From an uncultured Pseudobdellovibrionaceae bacterium (GTDB lineage: Bacteria; Bdellovibrionota; Bdellovibrionia; Bdellovibrionales; UBA1609): a stretch of DNA of 64,000 nt. Every line of letters begins with the position of its first letter. Within the stretch, counting starts at the first letter, position 1. The notes beneath the pieces are model-generated. The model was not told where the DNA came from, ran no database searches, and saw nothing but the letters and a program-made list of their open reading frames with translations. The stretch spans positions 20,421 to 84,420 of the forward strand of contig CAZVOP010000002.1 in the NCBI GenBank assembly GCA_964628445.1, given 5' to 3'. Made by a program: the position numbers and the translations under genes. This document shows positions 49,438-57,726 of this stretch, piece by piece.

Positions 49438-49854
49438 TTACTGTTTATATTTAGCGTACTCTTGTTTTTGACGCCTCCGGTAAAAAAGCGTTGAGCGATT
49501 AAAGCCGAAGTAGCGAACAGCCTTTCTCCGGCTCATGCCAAAGCGTTGTTTTACGGTGGCGACTAAATCTTCGGGTGATCTCGAGGCTAACAATTTGTTT
49601 GTTTTAATGAAATCGGTAAGAACCTGAATGTGAAGTAAGCAATCCGAAAGGTGTTTTTTTAAAGACCTGTTTTGGCGCTCCAGCGAACGGAACCGATCAA
49701 ATTGTTCAGTCGTCATTTCGCCGAATTTGCGCTTCCATAGATAGGCGGTGCGAATGTTCAGGCCCAGGCGCTCGGCCACTGTCGTAAGTTTTTCACCGCG
49801 TCTTACCGCGCTAAGGAACTCTTTGATTTGTTTATCTGAAAATTCTCGTCTCAT
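49438..49854 (-). mobile_element. IS3-family transposase OrfA-like HTH protein without a DDE domain (IS remnant or domesticated)
   Basis: MRREFSDKQIKEFLSAVRRGEKLTTVAERLGLNIRTAYLWKRKFGE fits the IS3/IS911 OrfA HTH. The tail, FGMSRRKAVRYFGFNRSTLFYRRR, resembles the start of OrfB. No catalytic ORF follows. Confidence 0.6.
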
Positions 49855-50090
49855 TTAGACAAGTGATGCTAAAAGTGGTCCAATCTATAAGTTAAGTCAG
49901 GCTGTTGTGCTTGCGGTATTGCCCACTTAAACGTTTTCAATTTTCCGATTTTGCCCCGTTTTCTCTAAACTATAAACTATGACAAAAATGTTGATAATGG
50001 CTTTTTTCAGGATCAAGAATTTCCGTTTGGCGTGCTAAGTCGAGTCGATATAAAATCAGTAAGGGCATATTTTTTGCTCGCGGAAAGAGC

Positions 50091-50912
50091 ATGTCAGATT
50101 TCAAGACTCCATTTTTCATTTTGCTTTTTTCCCACGCGATCATCATCTCTGGATGCCGGAAAAATGTTCACAGCGGAAAGTTTAGTTCTCCTAACAAAGA
50201 TCAGACAACGAAGACCGAGCCGAATCCCTCAAATAGACCTATGCCGCAGGCTGACGATACACCTTTCAAAGACGATCGAACTAAACTTGCTCAGGAACTT
50301 TGGGCGACAACATTGGGTGAGATGTTCAATGAATATTTGTTTGGTGTAGCCGGAGCATCGGCAATACCCAAGCAGTCGCAACTCTTAGTCGACCGCATTT
50401 TTGACAAACCCTACCTACTCATCACTCGAATTGCGGCACTTCAATTCCTAAGTGAAGACCTCTACTCGGAAGGTCGGATGACGGAAGATGCGACGCGAAG
50501 GCTTCTCATTCTTGAGGGAGCCGTTTCTGAAAGACGATTATCCCGCGTCGAGGCCGGCTATTTTTCTCTCATTGAGCAAGCGATTCCGTTTGTCCTAGTT
50601 TCAATTCCCTTTGGCTCACCAGCTGTTCGAGAAGAGGTCATGCATGGAGTTCGAAATCTCGCGACCAGATTTAAATCGATGTGGTCACCGGGATCTGAAA
50701 CCCTGGAGACAATCAATTGGCATCGCCTAGGAATGCGAAATGCAATTAACGGTTATCAATTCGCAAAAGCGCTTCAATTTCTCGTCAATACCTATGGTCC
50801 CTATTCAACAGCTTACTTAATTGCTTATCCATACATCAAGGCATCTACGCAAGGACCTAATCGCGACTTCTTGCTAAGGTCAGATCGTTTGCTACAAATG
50901 GACCCTCTTTAG
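50091..50912 (+). CDS. hypothetical lipoprotein
   Basis: MSDFKTPFFILLFSHAIIISGCRKN contains a lipobox. No family recognised. Confidence 0.6.
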   Translation: MSDFKTPFFILLFSHAIIISGCRKNVHSGKFSSPNKDQTTKTEPNPSNRPMPQADDTPFKDDRTKLAQELWATTLGEMFNEYLFGVAGASAIPKQSQLLVDRIFDKPYLLITRIAALQFLSEDLYSEGRMTEDATRRLLILEGAVSERRLSRVEAGYFSLIEQAIPFVLVSIPFGSPAVREEVMHGVRNLATRFKSMWSPGSETLETINWHRLGMRNAINGYQFAKALQFLVNTYGPYSTAYLIAYPYIKASTQGPNRDFLLRSDRLLQMDPL

Positions 50913-50932
50913 CGACCTTCGCGCCAGGAAAG

Positions 50933-51000
50933 AAAGATCGATGGGCCGTGCTGTCCGGACTTGCGCCGGCCCCGCGAAGGGAGCCGGGCCATCGATCTTT
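50933..51000. terminator. long-stem inverted repeat between convergent genes (possible bidirectional terminator)
   Basis: AAAGATCGATGG (from 50933) pairs perfectly with CCATCGATCTTT (ending 51000). Further imperfect GC pairs extend the stem, and the central region is GC-rich. Confidence 0.45.
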
Positions 51001-51015
51001 GATTAAAATTAACGC

Positions 51016-52449
51016 TTACGGCAGACCGTAGATCTGCACGCTATTCACATCGAGATAGAACGGGCCCGGGTACTTGACCGGATCGGCGACGGTATGCCAG
51101 CCCGTGGTGAGCGGACCGGCGACTTCCACGTCCATCAACACCTGATATTTGGCATTGGTCGGAATACCGTTCGTGTAAGTCGCAATCAGCTTCCCGTCCA
51201 GATAGATATTGATGCTCTTACCGGGGCGGTATTCCACTCCGTACACATGATAAGCGGCTGAAAGATCCATGCCCGAATCTTTAATGACTTGGGATGCGCC
51301 TGAACCGTGGAAGTTCGAAGCGATGACATTGTTCGGGTTCGTGGATCCGCGGGTGTAGCCGGATTCGATCACGTCAATTTCGGGTCCGTTCGCACTGAGC
51401 AGCCACAAGCCGGCCCATGCGCCATAGCGGGAATCGGGCATCCGCGCGCGGAATTGAACGTAACCACCGCTCGCCGGAAGGTAAAGCTTGCCGAAACTGC
51501 TCACGGCGGCTGAAGAAAAGGAATATCCCAAATTCGAGAAGTGGCTGCTGGCTTTCATAATGAATCTCAGATTGCCGTTGCCACCCACCAAGCTGTTGCC
51601 CGTGATGTTGGTGCCAGTTCCATACGGATACGGATCATAGTACTGAATATTGAATGAGTTCGAACACGAGCTGTTGCAATTCATGCCCGAATAAGGACTC
51701 GCTAAATGGCCTTGGTCGCCCCAGCGTCCGTACTGATCGTCACCCATATACGGATTCCATTTTGTCGCATCTAAAGCCGCGGCCGTGAATTTATCTTCAA
51801 AGATCAATTGCGCGGAAGAGTAACCAACAGGAGCCGCCAGTGACGTTGAATCCGGAGCCGGAGCCGGCGTAGGCGTAGGTGTTGGCGTAGGTGTAGGTGT
51901 GGGAGGCGGCGGAGCGCTGGCCACAACCATCACCACGTTGTCGATCGAGACGTTGCTCGCGACATCTCCCATATCGAAGTTCAGGCTGGCGCCCGAGTCG
52001 GAAGATTTGGGTGTAAATGTAAAATTAAATGTCTTCCATTTAGTGCTTACGTTGAAGTGATTGAGACTGTACCAACTGTAAGGAGAAACCGCTTGCTGAA
52101 CGCCGACTTCAAGACTGCGAGCCTTGGAGGCTTTGGCCGAAAACGTAACGGTCACGGACTGCCCGGCAACAAGAGGAAGCCCCGTCTGTCTCAAGGCTGC
52201 ACAGTACGCACATCCTGAGACGGATTTCCAAACTTGTATGGCCTCCGAATAGGTTCCGGCCGTGCGACTCGCCGAATCCAGGTACTGAGTCCCGGTCGCG
52301 CCGCCCGAAAGAAGAAAACTCCAGGATGTTAAGCCGGATTCGAAAGATCCATTCTTAATCACGTTCGTCGCGGCGTTGCCTTGTGCTGAGAAGATGGTGA
52401 ACAGCGCACAATATAAGCTTCTCCACCACCACTGTTGATTCGTTGCCAT
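51016..52449 (-). CDS. secreted glycoside hydrolase family 16-like beta-glucanase with N-terminal CBM-like domain and Pro/Thr linker
   Basis: GH16 blocks: GAWAGLWLL, GPEIDVIESGY (ExDxxE), AAYHVYGVEYRPGKSINIYLDG. The N-terminal NVIKNGSFESGLTSWSF is CBM4/9/22-like. Confidence 0.8.
   Translation of the reverse strand: MATNQQWWWRSLYCALFTIFSAQGNAATNVIKNGSFESGLTSWSFLLSGGATGTQYLDSASRTAGTYSEAIQVWKSVSGCAYCAALRQTGLPLVAGQSVTVTFSAKASKARSLEVGVQQAVSPYSWYSLNHFNVSTKWKTFNFTFTPKSSDSGASLNFDMGDVASNVSIDNVVMVVASAPPPPTPTPTPTPTPTPAPAPDSTSLAAPVGYSSAQLIFEDKFTAAALDATKWNPYMGDDQYGRWGDQGHLASPYSGMNCNSSCSNSFNIQYYDPYPYGTGTNITGNSLVGGNGNLRFIMKASSHFSNLGYSFSSAAVSSFGKLYLPASGGYVQFRARMPDSRYGAWAGLWLLSANGPEIDVIESGYTRGSTNPNNVIASNFHGSGASQVIKDSGMDLSAAYHVYGVEYRPGKSINIYLDGKLIATYTNGIPTNAKYQVLMDVEVAGPLTTGWHTVADPVKYPGPFYLDVNSVQIYGLP
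51853..51912 (-). repeat. short tandem CCN/ACN repeat encoding a PPPPTPTPTPTPTPTPAPAP linker
   Basis: Read directly: 20 codons of Pro alternating with Thr or Ala inside the GH16 gene. Confidence 0.9.
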
Positions 52450-52559
52450 AGTTAACCCCCAATAAAAGTTGTGACCTCTACAAACGAGCCTACGGACGGA
52501 TGGGAAAAGTTGAAACTGACAAACATGGTGATGTGAGGAGGGCGTCCTGACAAATTTGG

Positions 52560-54044
52560 TTATGAGGCCTGCGTCTTAAGCTGAGACGTGAATTTATAAC
52601 CGGCCGGGCGTTTTGTGGGGCCGATTCGCTGCAGTTCTCCGGACTCGATCGCTTTGCGCAAGAGACGATGGGTGGAGGTGGTCGATATTCCGAGTTCACG
52701 CTGAATCTGAGCTGCCGAAAAAATAGAAAGATCGGTAAACGCAGTTTTCAGCCTCTGCACCTGAAGAAAATGTGAATCGGTTGGGCAGCGCTCGCGCGAG
52801 ACCCGAAACGAAAATTCCCCGAGAATTTTCAACGAATAAAATTCCTGATCGCAAAGGATGTCCACCGGTATGCGTGCCGACTCCAGCCATCGGCGCGTCC
52901 GGCGAATGATCTGATGCACTCGATCCGGCGACGTCGAAATATTGAAATGTTCTTCGGGAAATAAAGCCGAGTGAAGTCCCGCGATTTGATTGGGCTGATA
53001 GAAATCCCTGAGCAGAATCTCAATCAGCTGATGACATTTAAAATTTGCGCGAAGTCCCGAGTGTCCGTCGATTTCGCCCGACGCGAGGTCAAAGCAAGGC
53101 GCGGATTCCGGGCCCACGACAAAGGTCTCTTGATCAGGCCTCCGGCCGAACTCGCGCCAAATGCGCTCGCGGAAGCCGGACAAAGGCGAACCGAAATAGA
53201 GATGAAGAAATCTCGGCTCCTCAAAGCGAACCTTCAAAGAGTAAAGATCGGCCTCGCGCAAGGCATTCCATTGGCGATTGGTTTCGGCCAATTGACGAAG
53301 CTCATTGAACGGTTCGAGGCTTTTGGCGTCCAAGCCGTCCAAAATCAATTTCAATTTGTTGGCGAAGAAATGAGTGCTGTTGCTCCCGCCATCGAAATGC
53401 CGAAGCGCCAAATCAACGGCCCGTCTTGCCAAGAGAAAATTCCCTTCCTCAAGATGGATTTGCCCAAGCAGCGCGTGGTTGTAGTTTTCCAGATGGAAGT
53501 GGCCGCGTTCTTTCGACAATTGAATATTTTTGTCCGCCAAGACTGAGGCTTGATTGAAGTGACCGCATTCCGAGTGCGCGAAAGCGAGATTCGATTGGCC
53601 GACGAGAGCCGCATCCGGTGAAAGTTCGCAGCTGAGATAATTTTCCAGACTGGGAATGGCCGCTGAAAATTCCCAACGGGCAAAGTACACAAAAGCGCGG
53701 ATCAAATTCACTTCAGGCACGGCGCGGGCGTCGAGGCGCTCCAATTTTTTTAGGGCCTCATGGACGGCGCCGCTGCGTAACAGAAGTGCGGCGTACTCCG
53801 TGATTTCCTCAGGCCTTGCGGAGTCACTGTTCGTCCTGAACTCGGCCTGATTGACTAAGCGATCGAGCAAACGGAGGCCCATCGAATACTGGCCGGCGCG
53901 CCGGCAAATCTTGGCGAGAGGAAGGCGCCACTCCCTCGGCACGCGCATCGGCTTAATCTGAGAAAGATGCTTGGCCGCCTCACGGGATTTTCCGCCGCGA
54001 ATCAAGGCGTCACAGGATGCGATTAACGTCTCAAATTGGTTCAT
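52560..54044 (-). CDS. putative transcriptional regulator: TPR-like repeats plus C-terminal winged-HTH-like segment
   Basis: 494 aa, helical-repeat rich. The C-terminus reads FSAAQIQRELGISTTSTHRLLRKAIESGELQRIG. It is divergent from the GH16-like genes. Confidence 0.55.
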   Translation of the reverse strand: MNQFETLIASCDALIRGGKSREAAKHLSQIKPMRVPREWRLPLAKICRRAGQYSMGLRLLDRLVNQAEFRTNSDSARPEEITEYAALLLRSGAVHEALKKLERLDARAVPEVNLIRAFVYFARWEFSAAIPSLENYLSCELSPDAALVGQSNLAFAHSECGHFNQASVLADKNIQLSKERGHFHLENYNHALLGQIHLEEGNFLLARRAVDLALRHFDGGSNSTHFFANKLKLILDGLDAKSLEPFNELRQLAETNRQWNALREADLYSLKVRFEEPRFLHLYFGSPLSGFRERIWREFGRRPDQETFVVGPESAPCFDLASGEIDGHSGLRANFKCHQLIEILLRDFYQPNQIAGLHSALFPEEHFNISTSPDRVHQIIRRTRRWLESARIPVDILCDQEFYSLKILGEFSFRVSRERCPTDSHFLQVQRLKTAFTDLSIFSAAQIQRELGISTTSTHRLLRKAIESGELQRIGPTKRPAGYKFTSQLKTQAS

Positions 54045-54152
54045 TCAAATGGTCCTATCCCTTTGACGGATCGGATGAATCTGTAAACGGCAAAAGGGGC
54101 TTAAGCCGGGCCGGACCCGGATTTTTCCATCATTGTCAGTTGGTGCCGATGG

Positions 54153-54187
54153 CATCCCCAATATACAATAGATGTATATTGGGGATG
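54153..54187. promoter_or_regulatory. perfect 15-bp inverted repeat (operator or 5'-UTR hairpin candidate)
   Basis: CATCCCCAATATACA (54153-54167), spacer ATAGA, TGTATATTGGGGATG (54173-54187). It lies in the divergent intergenic region. The right arm contains one candidate ATG (54185) and ends 12 nt before the other (54200). Confidence 0.5.
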
Positions 54188-54199
54188 GGGTTCGTCCGT

Positions 54200-55645
54200 A
54201 TGGGAATTAAGCAAAATGCGCGTGCTCTTATTCGGTCCACGGTTCTCGTCGCGAGCGCCACCGTTTTGCTCACGCTTTTTCAAAACTGCAGTAACGTCAG
54301 CAATGGATCAAAGAACTCGTCCAGTCGTTCCTTGAACGGTGGAGAAGGAACCGACGGAAAAGTCTATCGAAACTACGCGCTCTGCACGGGCGGCAACGTC
54401 GATGTGGCGAACATAGTCGTGGTTTCCCCCGATTTGCAATCGGCAACGATGGTGCGGGAAAACTGCGCGAATCTTTCCGTCCCGGCGGCGGTCGCGATTA
54501 AGAGCCTCCAATTCGGCATCGAGAATCCCGACGCCTTCGTGTTGAACGGAAGCAACTATGACCGGCAACAAAATTTAGTCAGCCAGCAAGTGACGGTTCA
54601 ATGGTGCCGGACAGTTGCGAATGACACCGAGATCAGGATTTGGAAATATCTCAATTCCTCATCCGGCTTTTTTGGCAGCATCACGCAGAGTGCGGGAGCG
54701 AATTCGGAGGCCCTGTTGCTCGATCCGAACACTACCGGTCCCGGCAATTACGCGACTCTCCCCGATCAGTCGAGCCAGTTCCGTCTGACGTCGAACGGCG
54801 GAACTGCGTCGCTGACCTATTCCATCGACGGCGGGCCGCAAAAAACCGTTTCGAATTTGACCTGCGGAACGCAAACTTTGCCTCCCCCGCCGGCCGTTTC
54901 TTCAGGTCTATCGGCGCCGCAGGGTTACGCAGCCTCTTTGCTGACCTTTGAAGATCGGTTTTTAAATTCCAGTTTGGACGCGACGAAGTGGATCCCGCAG
55001 ATCGCCGATCAGAACGGGATTTGGCGTCAAAGCGTGCCCGCTCCCTATTCGGCTCCGAATAGCGGTGGATATGAGGCCCAGTTTTACGATCCCCAGCACG
55101 CGATCACCGGCGGCGGATTGAACCTGGTCGCGACAAAGGATTCGAGCTTCGCGGGTTATTCGTGGCGCTCCGGTTGCGTCTCGTCGCATGGATTATTTTA
55201 TTTGCCGAGCGGCTACGTTCAGGTGCGCGCCCGCTTCCCGGATTCTTCATCGGGCATGTGGGCCGGAATCAATTTTTACGAGGGTGGTGCGAATTTCGGA
55301 ATCGCATCGGGGTATTTGGGCGGTTTGAGTCCCAATCAAAACGTCTTCGGCAATCTTTTGTCGCCTGGGAATTCGCAAACCGTATTTGATACGGGCGCGG
55401 ATCTCTCTGCGGATTATCATGTTTATGGGGTGGAATACCGGCCGGGGGTTTCGATCAAAATGTACATCGACGGAAAGCTTTTTGCGGCTTACACAAATAA
55501 TATTCCGACAGGTACGTACGAGATCGTGCTGAACCTCGCGGTCGCGCAAAACGCGGCGGCTTGGCATACGTTGCCGACTGGAGCGACTCCTTCGCCGAGC
55601 GAGTTCGATATCAGCGACGTTCAGGTTTATAATTTGCCGCCTTGA
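54200..55645 (+). CDS. GH16-like lipoprotein paralog lacking the catalytic ExDxxE motif
   Basis: MGIKQNARALIRSTVLVASATVLLTLFQNCSN contains a lipobox. GH16 blocks are retained (GMWAGINFY, ADYHVYGVEYRPGVSIKMYIDG), but the active-site position reads GANFGIASGY. The start could be 54185. Confidence 0.7.
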   Translation: MGIKQNARALIRSTVLVASATVLLTLFQNCSNVSNGSKNSSSRSLNGGEGTDGKVYRNYALCTGGNVDVANIVVVSPDLQSATMVRENCANLSVPAAVAIKSLQFGIENPDAFVLNGSNYDRQQNLVSQQVTVQWCRTVANDTEIRIWKYLNSSSGFFGSITQSAGANSEALLLDPNTTGPGNYATLPDQSSQFRLTSNGGTASLTYSIDGGPQKTVSNLTCGTQTLPPPPAVSSGLSAPQGYAASLLTFEDRFLNSSLDATKWIPQIADQNGIWRQSVPAPYSAPNSGGYEAQFYDPQHAITGGGLNLVATKDSSFAGYSWRSGCVSSHGLFYLPSGYVQVRARFPDSSSGMWAGINFYEGGANFGIASGYLGGLSPNQNVFGNLLSPGNSQTVFDTGADLSADYHVYGVEYRPGVSIKMYIDGKLFAAYTNNIPTGTYEIVLNLAVAQNAAAWHTLPTGATPSPSEFDISDVQVYNLPP

Positions 55646-55656
55646 TTGATGAATGG

Positions 55657-56754
55657 ATGGGGAGATCAATGTTTCCGGGTCTAATTCTAACGATGTTTTT
55701 GCTGATTGGTTGCACCCAGAAATTTGGGTCATCAAAGCTTGCCGACTCGGGAAGTTCAGCGTCGATCAACGGCGTTTGCGGAAGTGCCGGCGGCGTCGCC
55801 GTTTCAAGCGCGCCCTCTATGAATCTTTGCAGCAAAGGAACTCCGTCGGCCGTCACGGGTGCCGATCCCTTTGACTGGACATGCAATGGCATCAATGACG
55901 GAACGAACGCTTCGTGTTCCGCTCCACGATCAACGTTGTCTCCTCCTGCCGGCTACATGGCCTCACAGTTAATTTTTGAAGACAAGTTCACTTCGGCAGC
56001 GCTTGACGTGGCCAAGTGGAATCCTTGGATGGGTGAAGACACGTATGGACGCTGGGGCAATCAGGGAAATCTTCCCGCACCTTACTCCGGTCAAAACTCT
56101 GGAAGTTTTCAGATTCAGTATCTTGACCCCTATCCATATGGACATAGTACGAACACGACGGGCGAACATCTGGTGGGGGGAAATGGCTTGCTCAGCCTGA
56201 TCGCCAGTCCGAGCGACCATTTCGCCAGCCAAGATTACACTTGGGCCTCCGCATGTATTTCTTCTTACGGAAAAGCCTATATTCCAGCAACAGGTGGCTA
56301 TGCGCAGTTTCGAGCCAAGATGCCTGACACGAGATATGGCGCATGGCCGGGTATATGGTTTATGCCGAACGCCGGATCGGATGGAGAAGAATTCGACCTC
56401 CATGAAGGCGGATACTTTGCATCGGGAGCGCCCGACAGCAATTACGTGCTGGCCTCACACTGGTGGGGAGGGGCCGCCAATCAGATCGTCCAAAACACAG
56501 GCGTAGATCTCTCGGCGGATTATCATGTCTACGGCGTCGAGTACCTCCCGGGACAATCTTGGAAAGTCTATCTCGATGGAAATCTGATGGCGACGTGGAC
56601 CTCCGGCATTTCCACCAACGCGAAATATGAATTGATCATCGAGATGGAGATGGCCGGCTCTTTGGCCTCCGGTTGGCACACCGTGGCCGATCCGGTCAGC
56701 CATCCGGGTCCCTTCAAGTTTGAGATATCTGACGTGCAGATTTATCAGCATTGA
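55657..56754 (+). CDS. GH16-like beta-glucanase lipoprotein
   Basis: Lipobox LLIGCTQ. GH16 blocks: GAWPGIWFM, GEEFDLHEGGY (ExDxxE), ADYHVYGVEYLPGQSWKVYLDG. Confidence 0.8.
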   Translation: MGRSMFPGLILTMFLLIGCTQKFGSSKLADSGSSASINGVCGSAGGVAVSSAPSMNLCSKGTPSAVTGADPFDWTCNGINDGTNASCSAPRSTLSPPAGYMASQLIFEDKFTSAALDVAKWNPWMGEDTYGRWGNQGNLPAPYSGQNSGSFQIQYLDPYPYGHSTNTTGEHLVGGNGLLSLIASPSDHFASQDYTWASACISSYGKAYIPATGGYAQFRAKMPDTRYGAWPGIWFMPNAGSDGEEFDLHEGGYFASGAPDSNYVLASHWWGGAANQIVQNTGVDLSADYHVYGVEYLPGQSWKVYLDGNLMATWTSGISTNAKYELIIEMEMAGSLASGWHTVADPVSHPGPFKFEISDVQIYQH

Positions 56755-57041
56755 TGAGAACGCTCGAAACACCTGCCCGCGCGCCCCGCGTCGGCGGGTT
56801 AGACTCAAAAAATATAAGACAGATAAATCGCGATTTGAAAAGAATCCTAGGCGAGGCTCGGCTAAACATTAGCCTTAAATGACCCACCGACCCCCGCCGT
56901 TTTTTTTCAAATAATCCGCGCCGCCTGAAATTGCGCCATTTCCGACCGATGCGACCCTATGCATTTCTCGTCGAACATTCTGTTTTCTGAATTTTGATCA
57001 CCCAGTTCAATTCCACATGCTGTTAAGATCTCCCCTTATTT

Positions 57042-57073
57042 AGAAGAGAGGATCACAATCACACCTCTCTCCT
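57042..57073 (-). terminator. possible hairpin terminator
   Basis: AGAAGAGAGG (57042-57051) pairs with CCTCTCTCCT (57064-57073) with one mismatch. It sits just downstream of the 57088 stop on the minus strand. There is no clear U tract. Confidence 0.3.
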
Positions 57074-57087
57074 GAATAAGCAAAAAA

Positions 57088-57726
57088 CTAGTGACCGCCT
57101 CCGTCCTTAGGGCCAATCATCGGCCAACGGACATTTTCCCAACGCTCATTTGAAATATCCTTACAGTACGGAAATAGAAACATGCCCAGCTTAGACAATC
57201 CGGCAACAGTCAAGCCGTCAGCAGGAAATTCGACTGTGACTTCCACGCCTGGCGAAATCGGAAACGAGAGCTTTCGCATTTTAGATTTGCTCTCGACAGA
57301 GGGCTCACCAGTAGTTTCGGGATTTGCCTCGGTTGATTTAGGAGTGGTCTTTGCCTTTACAGACTGCTTACTTGTCGCTCCATTTGTTTTTGCTGAAGAC
57401 TTCTTTGAGTTAAGGGAACGTTCCCATGCGGCCGGATCATCGGACCATTGGAAAAAGTCTTCAAGCAGGTTCTTTACGCGTGAACGATAGACCTCGAGGC
57501 TGTTGCCTTTAAATGCGAGCGCATTTTTATTTTTGAAGCGCTCATAGAGGACCTCGAAGTTATCATTCACGAAGCCAACGGTCTGCTCTTCGGGATCGAG
57601 GCCGTCAAAAAACTTTTTGGCGGCAACCCTGCGGCCAACGGCGGTATTCCTTGGGATGATTGATTTGTTTTCGAGATGATCTAAAAACGCGATTACATCG
57701 TTGACGGACTTCTGAGTTACGGACAT
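57088..57726 (-). CDS. hypothetical protein
   Basis: ATG 57726 is preceded by AAGGGGGAA. The product begins MSVTQKSVNDVIAFLDHLENK and has a Ser/Lys/Thr-rich middle. No family recognised. Confidence 0.55.
   Translation of the reverse strand: MSVTQKSVNDVIAFLDHLENKSIIPRNTAVGRRVAAKKFFDGLDPEEQTVGFVNDNFEVLYERFKNKNALAFKGNSLEVYRSRVKNLLEDFFQWSDDPAAWERSLNSKKSSAKTNGATSKQSVKAKTTPKSTEANPETTGEPSVESKSKMRKLSFPISPGVEVTVEFPADGLTVAGLSKLGMFLFPYCKDISNERWENVRWPMIGPKDGGGH

Noticed and set aside
56860-56908. Small hairpin GGCTAA-ACA-TTAGCC, and a C-rich run followed by T8 (56890-56908), as a possible terminator
   Set aside because: The stem and the T-run are not adjacent, and neither sits at a gene end in the right orientation.
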